From positions 12,896,001 to 12,960,000 of the forward strand of contig NC_043001.1 of assembly GCF_006345805.1 (NCBI RefSeq): a stretch of DNA of 64,000 nucleotides. Direction: 5' to 3'. The notes under the pieces were generated by a model. The model was given only the letters and a program-made list of their open reading frames with translations, did not search any database and had not been told where the DNA came from. Positions 37,116 through 50,699 of the stretch are shown piece after piece. Source of the stretch: Octopus sinensis (Eukaryota). Numbering within the stretch: the first letter of the stretch is position 1; each line of letters opens with the position of its first letter. The translations under genes and the position numbers were made by a program.

Positions 37116-38404
37116 CACGTGTGTGCGTGTGTGCGTGTGAGTAGGATTTAGGAAACGATTACGTTTTGAACTCTTTGCTGGCTAGGTCGAAATTTTGGCG
37201 CAGCAGATTTTAAAGCCCAGTTCATTAACCCAGTGAATTTCATTCTGTTGCAAGGTACATTTTCAAGTATCTGGCGCCAGGGCAGGTTCGCTATCATTTC
37301 CTAACTAACATGAACCTGACAAATAATTTCATTAGAGCTTATTTTATTTTCCACTAAATTTCGCCAACAAAATCTACAATTCTAGGCGAGCTTTTATGAT
37401 ACAAATACATTTATGCCGTTAGACTTCTGTTCTTCAGGAAAAGTTCAATATTAGCAGAATACGTTCAGATTGGTATGCACAAAGTTGTATTACATTATGG
37501 AATTCCAGCAAAAATGTGTAACTACAACTCATATAATTAGGCTTGATTAGAAAATGAAAGGAAACGGAGGTGTGCTTGCTATAAATTATATTCCTTCGTT
37601 ATATTTCCCCGTTCGATATAAGAAGTAAAAAATAAAAGTAATAGCACAACAATTATTAATATGTTTCCCAGTTGGAATGATCAATAGAAACAAAAAGTTA
37701 TCTTACTATTTTTTCTATTTATTTATTTAATGCTCGAGACCGCTTGAAATACAAATTAGTCAGTCATAGAACAGTGTCTCTTCTACACATGAAATCAAAT
37801 ATATTTTTGGTTCATTGTTTAGGAGAAAAAAAATTTACTATTCGAGACGAATCAATAAATTTTAAGTCGGCTGCATTTTCTAAATAACGTTTTTTTCTCT
37901 TTCAACACACCACACCTATTCAGACGTAGACAAATGTTCGTATTCGCAAAATCCAAAGGCATATATATATATATAAAACACACTTATAGACACAGATGCA
38001 AACACACACAAATTCGCATACACACACAAACACAGACACACATATGCACAAGCGCTAAGAGACGCAAATATATGGACATGTATGCGTATATAACGAACAT
38101 ACCTATGTACAGATATGTATCTGTATACATATGTATACACGTATATAACAACTCCTTTCCTCTCACACACCCACGCACATATATATATATATATATATCT
38201 GTCTGCCTATCTATATAATGATGTGTTGCATTTGTATATATATGTGGACATATTACATATCTGTACATATTTATCTTCCTTGTATACGCATATGTTTATG
38301 AATATGTATATATATGTGTGTGTGTGTGTGCGTGTGTGTGTGTGCGTGTGTTTGTGTGTGTGTGTGCATCTGTGTGTGTAGTGGGCGTTAGTATGATATT
38401 CTTC

Positions 38405-38780
38405 GTCGAGGCGCGATGGCTCAGTGTTTAGGGCTGCGGAATCGCTGTCATAGATTTTAGTTTCGATTCTCAGACCAGGCATTGGGAATGTTTATTGAGC
38501 GACAACAGCTCCACGAGGCTCCGGCAGGTGTTGATGGCGAATCCTGCTGTACTCTTTGACCACAACTTTCTCTCACTCTTTCTCCCTTTTTCTGTTGTAC
38601 ATGTATTTCAAAGGACCAACCTTGTCACTCTCTCCGTCATGCTGAATCTCCCCCCGAGTACTATGTTAATGGTACACGTGTCTGTGGAGTGCTGAGCCAC
38701 TTACACGTTAATTTCAAGAGCAGGCTGTTCTGTTGATCGCATCAACTGGAACCCTCGTCGTCGTAACCGACGGATTACCA
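38405..38780 (+). mobile_element. SINE family C copy (diverged)
   Basis: gaggcgcgatggctcagtg…ccctcgtcgtcgtaaccgacgga, collinear with 18134-18512. Confidence 0.85.
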
Positions 38781-38799
38781 CGATATTATTCTGCATTTC

Positions 38800-39020
38800 A
38801 GGGCGGCGAGCAGACAGAATCGTTAGCATGCTGGGCGATATGCTTATCACTTCGTTTGTCAATACGTTCTGAGTTCAAATTTCGCCGAGGTCGACTTTGC
38901 CGTTCATCATTTCCGGGATCGATAAATTAAGTATCATTTACGTACAGGAGTCGATCTAATCGACTGGCCCCATTTCCAAACTTTTGGGGGCCTTGTGCCT
39001 AGAATAGAAGAGGATATTAT
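38800..39020 (+). mobile_element. SINE family B variant with alternative 3' end
   Basis: B head and central domain, then ccttgtgcctagaatagaag; same tail type at 51945 and 45785. Confidence 0.75.
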
Positions 39021-39210
39021 TCTTCATTTATTTGGATGATGTATTTTATGAGTTACTTTTCTAAAACACAGATACACACGCATGGACCGTTGCGTTTTCT
39101 TAAACTTGGGTGTACACACGCAAGTAAAACGTCGACAGAATTACGCACGTTGAAATGAAAACAAGAAATGTGTACAATTGCTTGAAGGCACATCCGTACA
39201 CATGTGTGTA

Positions 39211-39379
39211 CGTAGGAGTGGCTGTGTGGTAAGTAGCTTGCTAACCAGCCACATGGTTCCGGGTTCAGTCCCACTGCGTGGCATCTTCGGTAAGTGTCTT
39301 CTGCTATAGCCTCGGGCCGACCAAAGCCTTGTGAGTGGATTTGGTAGACGGAAACTGAAAGAAGCCTGTCGTATATATG

Positions 39380-39410
<31 letters not shown>

Positions 39411-39610
39411 TTGTGTTTGTCCCCCTAGCATTGCTTGACAACCGATGCTGGTGTGTTTACGTCCCCGTCACTTAGCGGTTCGGCAAAAGAGACCAATAGA
39501 ATAATTACTGGGCTTACAAAGAATAAGTCCCGGGGTTGTTTGGCTCGGCTAAAGGCGGTGCTCCAGCATGGCCGCAGTCAAATGACTGAAACAAGTAAAA
39601 AGAAGAAAGA
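39211..39610 (+). mobile_element. SINE family A copy
   Basis: Near-full unit. Confidence 0.9.
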
Positions 39611-39808
39611 GAAAAAGTATGAGCACACTCTAGATCTCACACAGAAGGATCCATTTAAGTAATCCTCTGAGGTAGGGTATTGAACACGTTGGATATATGA
39701 CAATGATTACACATCATCTAATCGATGTAAAACAGGTGTAAATACGTGTCGCAAAAATTGCTGTGATTTTTGTATTAGAATGCCGCTCGTGTCATTTTCT
39801 AAGTTTAG

Positions 39809-40405
39809 GGCGAGCTGGCAGAAAGGTTAGCGCGCCGGGCGAAATGCTTAGCGGTATTTCGTCTGCCGTTACGTTCTGAGTTCAAATTCCGCCGAGGTTG
39901 ACTTTGCCTTTCATCATTTCGGGGTCGATTAATTAAGCGCCAGTTACGCACTGGGGTCGATATAATTGACTTAATCCGTTTGTCTGTCCTTGTTTGTCCC
40001 CTCTGTGTTTAGCCCCATGTGGGTAGTAAAGAAATAGGTATTTCGTCTGTCGTTACGTTCTGAGTTCAAATTCCGCCGAGGTTGACTTTGCTTTTCATCC
40101 TTTCGGGGTCGATAAATTAAGCATCAGTTACGCACTGGGGTCGATATAATTGACTTAATCCGTTTGTCTGTACTTGTTTGTCCCCTCTGTGTTTAGCCCC
40201 TTGTAGGTAGTAGAGAAATAGGTATTTCGTCTGCCGTTACGTTCTGAGCTCAAATTTCGACGAGGTTGACTTTGCCTTTCATCATTTCGGGGTCGATAAA
40301 TAAAGTACCAGTTGTGCACTGGGGTCGATGTAATCGACTTAATCCCTTTGTCTGTCCTTGTTTGTCCCCTCTCTGTGTAGCCCCTTGTGGGCAGTAATGA
40401 AATAT
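39809..40405 (+). mobile_element. SINE family B head followed by three tandem 184-bp body units
   Basis: gtatttcgtctg(c/t)cgttacg recurs at 39854, 40038 and 40222. Confidence 0.9.
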
Positions 40406-41152
40406 ATATATATTTCTAGACATAAATCCGCGCGAGGGACCGAACAAATGATAAAAGCATTAAGCATTTTCAGTTGTAAGTATTTAACCACAGGTTCACT
40501 CAGTGGAATTCTACTGGAATATTTTAGACAGCAGAATGGACGCACATCCTCAGAATTCACACATTTATGTATATGTATGGGTCCTCCCGAACCTTTACGT
40601 AATCTTGTGCTGTTATTACATCGATGGACACGTACACACACCGACACCCACAGTACGTACGTCATCTTTTTTCTTTTTCTTTCATTTATATAACCCAAAC
40701 CACATTTATGTCAATAGAAAATATGGCATTTTCAAGAAGCAAACACATAAATATTTGCTTTGCACTCGAAGACTCTAACATAAATGGATATATTGATATA
40801 GAAAACCACTATTGTTTCGATATTTTCTTTTAAATAGATTCGTTTGTCAAGCCGTTTTATTTTTTCGTTAAATTCTGCTTGGCAATAATCATATGTTGTG
40901 TAAAACATGATGAAAGTTACCAGGCGATATCTACACATTAAATGCAGTACTTCTGATTAAATAATGGAAAACAAAAACAATGCCATTTTATTATACATCA
41001 TTCATATTTTATCAGAGATGCAGAAGATAAGGAAAACAACTTTTAACCAATAGACCTGTAAACATCTTCGATTTCTTATTGTCTTTCCAAAAGGAAGACA
41101 CTGCAACATTTCCAGTTGTATAAACCAATGCGAAAAGAAGTGTATGTGTGTA

Positions 41153-41186
<34 letters not shown>

Positions 41187-41709
41187 ATTTTTGCGCTTGT
41201 ACGCGTGTATGTACACACGGGTAATTTCAATATTAACTGCACTTACGCCAAAACCTTCTTTGTCGTCAGCTCTTACGTGCAAAAAGAGGCGGTTTTCTTG
41301 TAGTTATGTAAGTAAGGTTTGACCTTGATCGCTCCAAGATTTTTCCCACGTATAAACATGTCCACTCCGCTGGCAGTGTGTACCAAGGAAGAATAGATAT
41401 CAGTAACTGATTTCACAGGTATCAAGTTGTATAAGGGTCTGAAAATTCTCGTAGGATTTTAATAAATTAAATAGACAGTGCTTAGTCGCGTAGAAATCTG
41501 TAAGGGTATAATGACAGTTTAAAAGTGCCCATTCAAGATTCAAACCCGAACAATGAGCAGGATTTCCATCAGCCTATATTAGTAACGGGACGATTCAAGA
41601 AGCTCCGGTGATGGATCTTGCGAACGGGCAGGTCACCGGTCTGTAATGTACTTTTTGTGTTGGGTGCGAAGAAAGCTTTCCGAAACCATAAGCACAATTG
41701 TGTTGCGAT

Positions 41710-41934
41710 CTCTTTTACTCTTTTACTTGTTTCAGTTATTTTACTGCGTCCTTGCAGGAGCACCGCCTTTAGTCGACCAAATCGACCTCAGCATTTATTC
41801 TTTGTAAGCCTAGTACTTATTGTATCGGTATCTTTTGCCGAACCGCTAATTTACAGGGATGAAAACACACCACCATCGGTTGTTAAACGATGTTGGGCGA
41901 CAAACACAGACACAAAAAATATACACACACATAC

Positions 41935-41967
<33 letters not shown>

Positions 41968-42123
41968 AGATGGGCTTCTTACAGTTTCTCTCTACTAAAT
42001 CCACTCACAAGGCTTTCGTTGGCCCGAGGCTATAGTAGAAGACACTTGCCCAAGATGCCACGGAGTGGGACTGAACCCGGAATCATGTGGTTGGTAAGCA
42101 AGCTACTTACCACACAGCCACTC
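41710..42123 (-). mobile_element. SINE family A copy (diverged)
   Basis: Near-full unit. Confidence 0.85.
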
Positions 42124-42344
42124 TAAGGATTACTCGATTCCTACTACGATGAAATGAAGTTATTTTTAGAGAGACTAGTCAGAGGAATTTAAATCTGGGC
42201 CGGAATCTAAAAGTCAGAGCATTGAGTGTCGAGACCTGAAATGACCAGCGTAAAAGAAATTTAACATTCAACATTCATCTGAATAATTCATTGTAATCAC
42301 ATTTTAGGGGAAACAAAAATGTCAGCATTGAAACAATGGATGGA

Positions 42345-42731
42345 TGGAAGCACTCCGTCGATTACGACGATGAGGGTTCCGGTTGATCCGAATTAACGGA
42401 ATAGCCTGCTCGTGAAATTAACGTGTAAGTGGCTGAGCACTCCACAGACACGTGTACCCTTAACGTAGTTCTCGGGGATATTCAGCGTGACACAGAGAGT
42501 GACAAGGCCGGCCCCTTGAAATACAGGTACAACAGAAACAGGAAGTAAGAGTGAGAGAAAGTTGTGGTGAAAGAGTACAGCAGGGATCACCACCATCCCC
42601 TGCCGGAGCCTCGTGGAGCTTTAGGTGTTTTCGCTCAATAAACACTCACAACGCCCGGTCTGGGAATCGAAACCCCGATCCTATGACCGCGAGTCCGCTG
42701 CCCTAACCATTGGGCCATTGCGCCTCCAATA
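42345..42731 (-). mobile_element. SINE family C copy
   Basis: Reverse complement of 18134-18512, short (CCAT)n tail. Confidence 0.9.
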
Positions 42732-43054
42732 CCTAGAAAAGGGATATACAGTTCCTAGTATAGGTTACAGAGAACAATTGGCCAACAAACTGAAACAGGC
42801 AATTCGCAGGAAACGACGAAATCTCTTGCTACATAAAGTGCAGTCGTTGCACGGCAATACACGCCCACAACGTTGAATCCGCTGAAGGATTAGATGTCTA
42901 ATTGTTGGAATAATCTGCATACGGTCCAGACGTCGCCACAACCGACTCTCGCGTCGGTGATTAGCTACTAACACCCTAGTCACTTTTAAAAATTTAGTGA
43001 CGCTTATAGTTTTCCTTATTGGTAAAACATTGCGAACTGCTGTCTACATAAATG

Positions 43055-43132
<78 letters not shown>

Positions 43133-43136
43133 TATA

Positions 43137-43367
43137 TTTCTTTACTTCACATAAGGGACTAAACACAGAGGGGACAAACAAGGAGAGACAAAGGGATTAA
43201 GTCGAATATATGGACCCCAGTGCGTTACTAGTACTTAATTTATCGACCCCGAAAGGATGAAAGGCAAAGTCGACCTTGGTGGAATTTGAACTCAGAACGT
43301 AACGGTAGACGAAATAAGACTACGCATCTCGCCCGGCGTGCTAACGTTTCTGCCAGCTCGCCGCCTC
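43137..43367 (-). mobile_element. SINE family B copy
   Basis: Full unit. Confidence 0.85.
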
Positions 43368-43520
43368 ACACAGATACATATATGTGGGTGTGTGTATGTG
43401 TAAGATATTAGTGGCGCCAGCTGCCTTTGAGAGGACTATTAATTTTCCTATTCGAATAAACTAGGCTGCATTTAATTGGACGCTGGAGCACACAGTATGG
43501 CAAAACCTTTCGTGTAAACA

Positions 43521-43916
43521 TCTTTATATATAAAAGTGAAGTTGTGTGTCTGCCTCCTACGATTTAGATTCCTAACTACTCCCACATTTTACGGTGCAGT
43601 TTAACCAAAACCGGTATCATATAGTCGTGATTCATACCGAGCCCTTCTGGGTATTAGCGCGCGTCTACGATGAGTCTACGATTTTGAAAAAATTTACCAT
43701 GATTTTTTTCCATTTCAATGCATTTTTTTCGTTATTATATAAGGGAAGTAACTCTCTAAAAATGTCTACGATGAGTCAACGATTTAAAAAAAAAATTACC
43801 ATCATTTTTTTTCCATTTCTAATGCATTTTTTGCTACTTTTTGGCTATAACTCTCTAAAAATGCTTATATAGTTATTTCCCTTACAAACCCGAGCAACGC
43901 CGGGCGATACTGCTAG
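43521..43916 (+). mobile_element. Non-autonomous Helitron (same family as 31440-31829)
   Basis: A|TCTTTATATATAAAAG…CCCGAGCAACGCCGGG…CTAG|T. Confidence 0.85.
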
Positions 43917-44255
43917 TAAGATCTAAAATAGCAGAGATTTTTTCAACAGACGGAATTTCGACAAATTCTGGCGGCATTATTAGCAGTTCATATCTATCTG
44001 TGTATCTGTCTGCCTATCTAACTGTCTAGCTATCTGTCAAGCGATCTCTTTATGTATCCATCTATCTTCCTTTCTCTCTTTCGTTCTTTCTAGCTAGCTA
44101 GCTATCTCCTTGTCTCTCCATCTGTCTCTATCTGTCTTTGTGATAGCTTTTCTTGCTATAAATCTATATATTCATCTATCTCTCCACACATTGAGAAGGA
44201 AACAAGACATCTTTTCATGTAAGTACCCAACTCGTCTTTAATCTCTCTCTTTCTT

Positions 44256-44287
<32 letters not shown>

Positions 44288-44894
44288 AGTCATCTATACG
44301 TTTATGCACTGACAAAAGCATTCCTTTATAACATGTATTTGAAAATATGACTGGTGTCGTCGCCGTTTTATATTTTTCATCAAGTTTCTTTTTACATACG
44401 CCTTTTGAAAATAACAAATTCGTGATATCCAACAAATCTCACAGAAGCAACATACTCGCAATCTGTAATCATGCATAAGAAAAAAAAATATTTATCTAAG
44501 ACAAATAAATCTGTATAAATTTTCAGAAAACAAAATCACTGCTAAAAAAATAAATTTCGTTTACATACATAACTACACGAAGCATTCCCGTCATTCCGTG
44601 TATTAAGTTTTTTTTTTTTATCTCTCGTTACAAATGGTGGGATGAATAAGAACAGTTATTCAAAGCAATCACTTCCTACGTATAATTCACTGAAATTTTA
44701 CCTAAATTGACATTCTCCGTGGTATGTTATTATATCTCTTTGTTGTCAATTGTAACATGAAAGTTGATAGCAGAAACTGCCTGCTAAGAAATAAATCACC
44801 GATCACAATGTGCTGACTGTGAAATTACAGGTAGGGTATGAATTTGCTACAGTGGCAGACCATGTTGTCATCTTTTTTCCAGATACATACAGTT

Positions 44895-45283
44895 ACTCTC
44901 TTTACTCTTTACTCATTTACTTGTTTCAGTCATTTGACTGTGGTCATGCTGGAGCACCGCCTTTAGTCGAGCAAATCGACCCCAGAACTTCTTCTTTGTA
45001 AGCCTAGTACTTATTCTATCAGACTCTTTTTGCTGAACCGCTAAGTTACGGGGATGTAAACACACCAGCATCGGTTATCAAGCGATGTTGGGGGGACAAA
45101 CACAGACACACAAACACACATACACACACATATATGTATGCATATATACAACAGGCTTCTTTCAGTTTCCGTCTACCAAATCCACTCACAAGGCTTTGGT
45201 CAGCCCGAGGATATAGTAGAAGACACTTGCCCAAGGTTCCACGCAGTGGGACTAAATCCGGTACCAAGTGGTTGGTAAGCAAG
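44895..45283 (-). mobile_element. SINE family A copy (head 5'-truncated)
   Basis: Collinear with the other copies. Confidence 0.85.
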
Positions 45284-45784
45284 CCTAAGAAATTTTCTAC
45301 AATTTTAACAATGAAATAGAATTAAATAATATGAATTTGGTTGGTGAAATGTTTCTGACATCGTTTAGACTCGTGGCAGGCATGTGACAAATACTCTGCT
45401 TCAGAATTTTTGGATATTAAATCAATGAATTTATGGTAAGTTCCTACCGATATCTTTGAACACTGGAAGTATCATAGCTGGCATTACCGTTCTTATGGTA
45501 CTCATCTACAACCAGTAGGACCTACAAGTAGATTGGCTTACCATGTTGGTAATGATAGTTCATGTACTTTTCAAATATCACACATCAAATATTTGATATC
45601 CAGTCACGCTTGTAATATATAAATTTAGTCAAGAATTGAACTACGCCAAATATATCTAAAATCTTTTGAACTAACCTCGTTCACCATAGAGATATCCTTC
45701 AAGATATTCTAGGCTCAGTATCTCTGAATATTTTGGCATTTAGCCCAATTCTTCCACAGAAAATATACTGCTTTCAGATTTTGG

Positions 45785-45985
45785 CACAAGACAAGAAATT
45801 TCGTGTTAGGGTGTAATTCGATTCTATCGTCCCCGGTGCTCAACTGTTGCTTATTTTATCGATCCAGAAGGCTGAAAGATAAAGACGACCTCGATGGCAT
45901 TTGAACCCGGAGCGTAAAGATGGGATAATTGCCGCTAAGCACTTTGTCCAGCGAGCTAACCATTCCACCATATCTCCGCCTTCCG
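45785..45985 (-). mobile_element. Old SINE family B-related copy
   Basis: tattttatcgatccagaaggctgaaagataaagacgacctcgatggcatttgaacc…gctaagcactttgtccagcgagctaacc. Confidence 0.6.
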
Positions 45986-46117
45986 TAGAATAATATTGAC
46001 AAAAGATGGATCTTTAAGAATAACTTCATATTCCTCTCGTGCAAAATGTTAATTATCAGATGTTCTGTTCGTCTCATCTGTTCGAGTCGTTGAATGATCG
46101 TCACCATATAGTACTGA

Positions 46118-46323
46118 AGGGAGGCGCAATGGCCCACGAGGCTCCGACAGAGGATGGTGGTGATCCCTGCTGTACTCTTTCACCACAACTTTCTCTCACT
46201 CTTACTTCCTGTTTCTGTTCTGCTATAGCAGAGGACACTTGCCCAAGATGCCACGTAGTGGGACTGAACCCGGAACCATGTGGTTGGTAAGCAAGCTACT
46301 TACCACACAGCCACTCCTGCGCC
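46118..46323. mobile_element. Chimera: deleted SINE C 5' part (+) fused to SINE A head (-)
   Basis: ggaggcgcaatggccc|acgaggctcc…cctgtttctg | ttctgctatagcagaggacacttgcccaag…gccactcctgcgcc. Confidence 0.8.
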
Positions 46324-49254
46324 TATAATAACATTTTATATAATAACATTTTATTAATTATTTTTATAAACCAAATGTAAGCAGCTGCAACCGTTAGTGT
46401 TGTTAATAGTCGAAAATGACATTTTATGATTTCTGGATGACATTAGTGACATCTGATGTATTATGAACATTTCATAAATATCCATAACATATCGCAAGAT
46501 GTTATATGATTGAGGTTATAATATCACAAGAGGCTATATGCTTAAAGCTATATTATTACTTCTCAGATTTCAGCCCTCATAATACACGTATTTAATATAC
46601 ATCAATATCACTCTTTGTTAGAAGGAGACCAATAAACAAAAACACAAATGCCCGCACACGCACCAACTCGTACACTCGCGCACACATCAATATACAATGT
46701 TACTGGAATTTTCAATTCTTCGTAAAGTTGCTGATATTAATTGTAACAACACCTAAATTTAAAATTGTAATATCGATTCATAGAAGGTGTAATCACTCAT
46801 GTACTTTTCTAGCATTTAGAAACAGTTTTTAATGTAGGAATGGCGTTTGTAATTGCGAAGTAATCAATACTATACTTAACAGAAATAGAAAAAGAATCTG
46901 GTGAAATAGATATAGTGAGTGAAAATTGAATAGCTGTATTCACTTTCATAATATGTGTGCTTCTATTCATTTAGCTAAAGCAATGATATGACGACCTTGA
47001 AGTTGTGAATAATGTGAAAAGTCTGAATGTATATTATGTCCACGAAGCCATTGAGGAGGTAAAGAATGTTGTGGAAAACATGAAAAATAAAAATTAATAT
47101 ACGCCAAAAGCATAGGTAATGCAAGCCACGTATTTCGGTAGATGATTAAATCTGTATCAAAGGGGTTTGTTGTTGGAAGATGAATTCATAGGCAGCAGTG
47201 GTTGCATATTGTGATTGGTATGTACGAAGCGAGGCTGAAATCTCTCCCCTTTTACAAAGCCATTTCATTGCTTCCAGTGTATTTACGCAAATAGTAGTGG
47301 TATTGTCGTGTAGCTAATATTTTACTGTCTCATTTTCCCCCTCAATTACCATCATCGTTTCCGGTACCTACCTTCTGTTTTCTATTGAGAGACCTGTAAA
47401 CTTGTAAAATGTAGGTGTCTTTGCATTTCTTTTTTTTATTTCGCCGAACTTGTGCACCGTATAGGAATATTTGAAGTTTTGTTGTATTTTGTGTTAAAAA
47501 TATCAATTTCGTCTCCCGGAAATAAGAGAAAAAGCAAATATTCATGCCAACAGACATACATAGAAGAGAAAAAAATGCATTTCAGTTAGTCAGATCAGTT
47601 TGTAAAAGCTTGGGAGATAGATATAACGCTAGGTGGCGACAAAAGAAAAACAAATAACTGAAACACTCCGCTGTGGTGCTCAGAAAAATATTGAATTTTT
47701 GCAATTGATAAAACGAAATACGAAAGCAAATAAGTATATAAACAAAATTTCATTTCAAGCAGAGAGTTCAGTGTTGCATTGTGGTATTCAACTAACAATA
47801 AAATGGCGGTTACGGATTAATAAAATGCAGAAAGGCAAGCACGACTTACCATTGGCTTCAGAATTGTTTATGTTCTTTTTATTCTAATTACTTGGTTTGG
47901 CCACAGTTTATTGTTAGTTATAGTTCATTGAAGAGTGAAGACGTTGTAATAAATATAACACGATGCAAATTTAATTGAATTGAAAACGGAGTGTTGGAAA
48001 TTGTTTCTAACAGGTCATGGATATGTAAAGAGTAATTCCTAATGCGTTTAGTGCCATGCAAATATTTTTCGCTCGAAATCGATTTTCCATGGATATAAAT
48101 ATACATGCTTACTTTTGGAAGAAGCGATTTTGTTTCGTTTAATTTAAAGTTTGTATTATTTCAACTGAATGATTATTTAGGAACGTTTTGATTGGTCGAT
48201 GGTCCAAAGGATGATAAATTGAAATGCATTCTTATTACCGAATTTGTATGGCTATTACAAAAGCAGAATTGAGCTGCACTTATATAAAATGTTATTACAG
48301 ACATCTGTAAAGCGATGTACAGACGAAATTCAACGGGAAACAGCGCGACAACGGAAAACGATTTATGGATGTTTAAAAGACTGCTTTCTCTAGCGAACAC
48401 ATTTTCTTTTGTTATTGTATAAAATGAACATGTTGTCCAAGTTTCACCAAAACCAAATAAACGCACCATGAGGAATCAAAGAATAGCGGAGGCAAAAAAA
48501 AACAGAACATGTATTAGACAAATGAAATGAATTTGATAAATTTCGAAACGAGTATATTTTTGGACAATAACTTCATTTAGAAATGTCCGCCATGAGAGAA
48601 AATAAAAACGATTGCGTTTAACCTTACCAGTGCATATTCTTATCTGCTTTCAATGTCTTCAAAATTAGCACAATGTTTTATATAGTGTATAGAAATCCAA
48701 GTAATAAGCAAGTCTTCCGTCTGATGGGCTTGGCTAAATTGTACACTTTTTGTCAAAAGAATGATATGGGAAAAATATAATTCAATGATAAATTTAAAAG
48801 CAGAAGACATATGTAACTGTTATTTGTGTCTCTTCAACCCAATGTTACAATCGACAATTTTCCTCCTGTCTTTCAGATGTAGTATCTTGCCTGAACAAAT
48901 AATGTCTCGTATCAACAGTCACACGACAAAAATGGAATACAATATAACGGAAAAGGTAAGAGAATTCATATATCTACATGTGTGTGTGTGAAGTCATTCT
49001 TCCTGATACCTTAGTAGCTTCTAAATGAAAGGAAAGTCAGTATGTTCATTGTCTATCACCTTAACTTTTTGGAGATTAAAATCTCTAAAATTATAGTAAT
49101 TAGTCCGTCTGTTTTAATTTAATTAAATTCTACGTTTTTGTGCAGCTGAGCATTGCTCTGCATTTAAATTGATGTAATGGTTAAATTGTTCAATCAAATG
49201 GAGTTGCGAGAAACGATCGTACTGCATTAACCTCTGGACATCTTTGCTGCTTTT

Positions 49255-49334
<80 letters not shown>

Positions 49335-49619
49335 ATTAGGGTTCAGCAAAACATTTGCTTCACCACTTACCGAAATTTAGAAATAGCAGTGAAAACTAGC
49401 TATTTCTCTACCATAAGAAAATCTCCCATACAAAAATACTCAACAACCCAAGCAGGCAAAGAGAAAAAAAAATTGACGAATCCAACCGGCTTTCATTAAC
49501 TGTAGACGCGTTTCGGATTTAGATGTGAAGAATAAAAAAATCTCATTTCCACTCTATCATTCTCACTCTTCGGTACAGTAACTCAAGATTTTAAATTTGA
49601 GAGCAGTGTAAAAGTTAAA

Positions 49620-49830
49620 CATACCTGTCTGATCAAACGTCATCAGACAATATACATCTAAGTCATTTCTACTGGACTTCCCTCTGTTTCCGAAGAAGAG
49701 TGTCTGCTCGAAACGTTAAACCGTTTTTCTTTCTTTCCCTAAACGTCTCCTAATACATTAAGTGCATCACGTCCTTGCGTTATGTGTTTTCTTGTGCTTG
49801 TTCTTTTTGGGAATTTTTGGATTTACTATA
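49620..49830 (+). mobile_element. Short solo pLTR-like element with minimal hammerhead motif (49686-49721)
   Basis: GTTT-CCGAAGA-A-GAGT-GTCT-GCTC-GAAAC-GTT-AAAC; followed by long (TA)/(TG) tracts. Confidence 0.65.
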
Positions 49831-50001
49831 TATGTATGTATATATGTATGTATATGTATGTATATATGTATATATATATATGTATGTGTATGTATGTATA
49901 TATGTATATATATATATGTATGTGTATATATATATTATATATGTGCGTTTGTATATATATATATATATGTATGTGTATATATATATATATGTGCGTTTGT
50001 G

Positions 50002-50047
<46 letters not shown>

Positions 50048-50049
50048 TG

Positions 50050-50081
<32 letters not shown>

Positions 50082-50699
50082 GATATATATATATATATAT
50101 AATATATATATATGTGTGTATGTATATATATATATGTCTATGTATATATATATATATATATATATACATACATATATATTAAGAGCTTGCATCTTGGTCT
50201 TCTGGTAACATGTTTGAAGAGAGTTTATTCACTCCGATATTCTTCTGAAATGTATTTCCGTTTTTTTAATCCGAATTTCTAATTCTATAATGCCGAAACC
50301 TTACGGGTGCATAGGTTTCGGTATTTGGTGTTACTTCCGTGCACAGTATGAAACCGTTTAACATTTTAATGATCCGATTTGCTATTTGCTCAGTTCCTAA
50401 TACTATTTATTTTTTACTATTTTTTGTCCCGTTTAAGAGTCCAGCACAGACATTGTCCATTTTATTACGTCTCGGTTCCTTTTTATTATTCGTTTCTTTT
50501 ATTGTCGTCAAACCATCTTTCTTATCGTTGTTTTCGCTTTCCAAGAATCGTAGAAGTCTTTCTTCCTTTATTTCAATTATTCTCCTTCACAGAATAAACT
50601 GCTTTCCATTCTCGTCATCACGCCTCTTCCCAACTCCGGATGGTTTTTTTTTATTGTATTTTTGTAGTATTTAATCATCTACTTCCTATAACATTTTGT

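Noticed and set aside
39854-40405. CRISPR-like array (also considered for 15678-15990)
   Set aside because: Eukaryotic context, no cas genes; the units are whole SINE bodies or irregularly spaced motifs.
44400-44462. 63-nt minus-strand exon candidate (DCEYVASVRFVGYHEFVIFKR)
   Set aside because: Plausible AG/GT but no homolog recognised and no partner exon; compatible with chance.
45369-45435. 67-nt plus-strand exon candidate (DSWQACDKYSASEFLDIKSMNL)
   Set aside because: Weak pyrimidine tract; splicing it directly to the 48877 candidate would create TGA.
50286-50320. Hairpin ccgaaacct…aggtttcgg as a ribozyme or terminator
   Set aside because: No CUGANGA partner; single occurrence.
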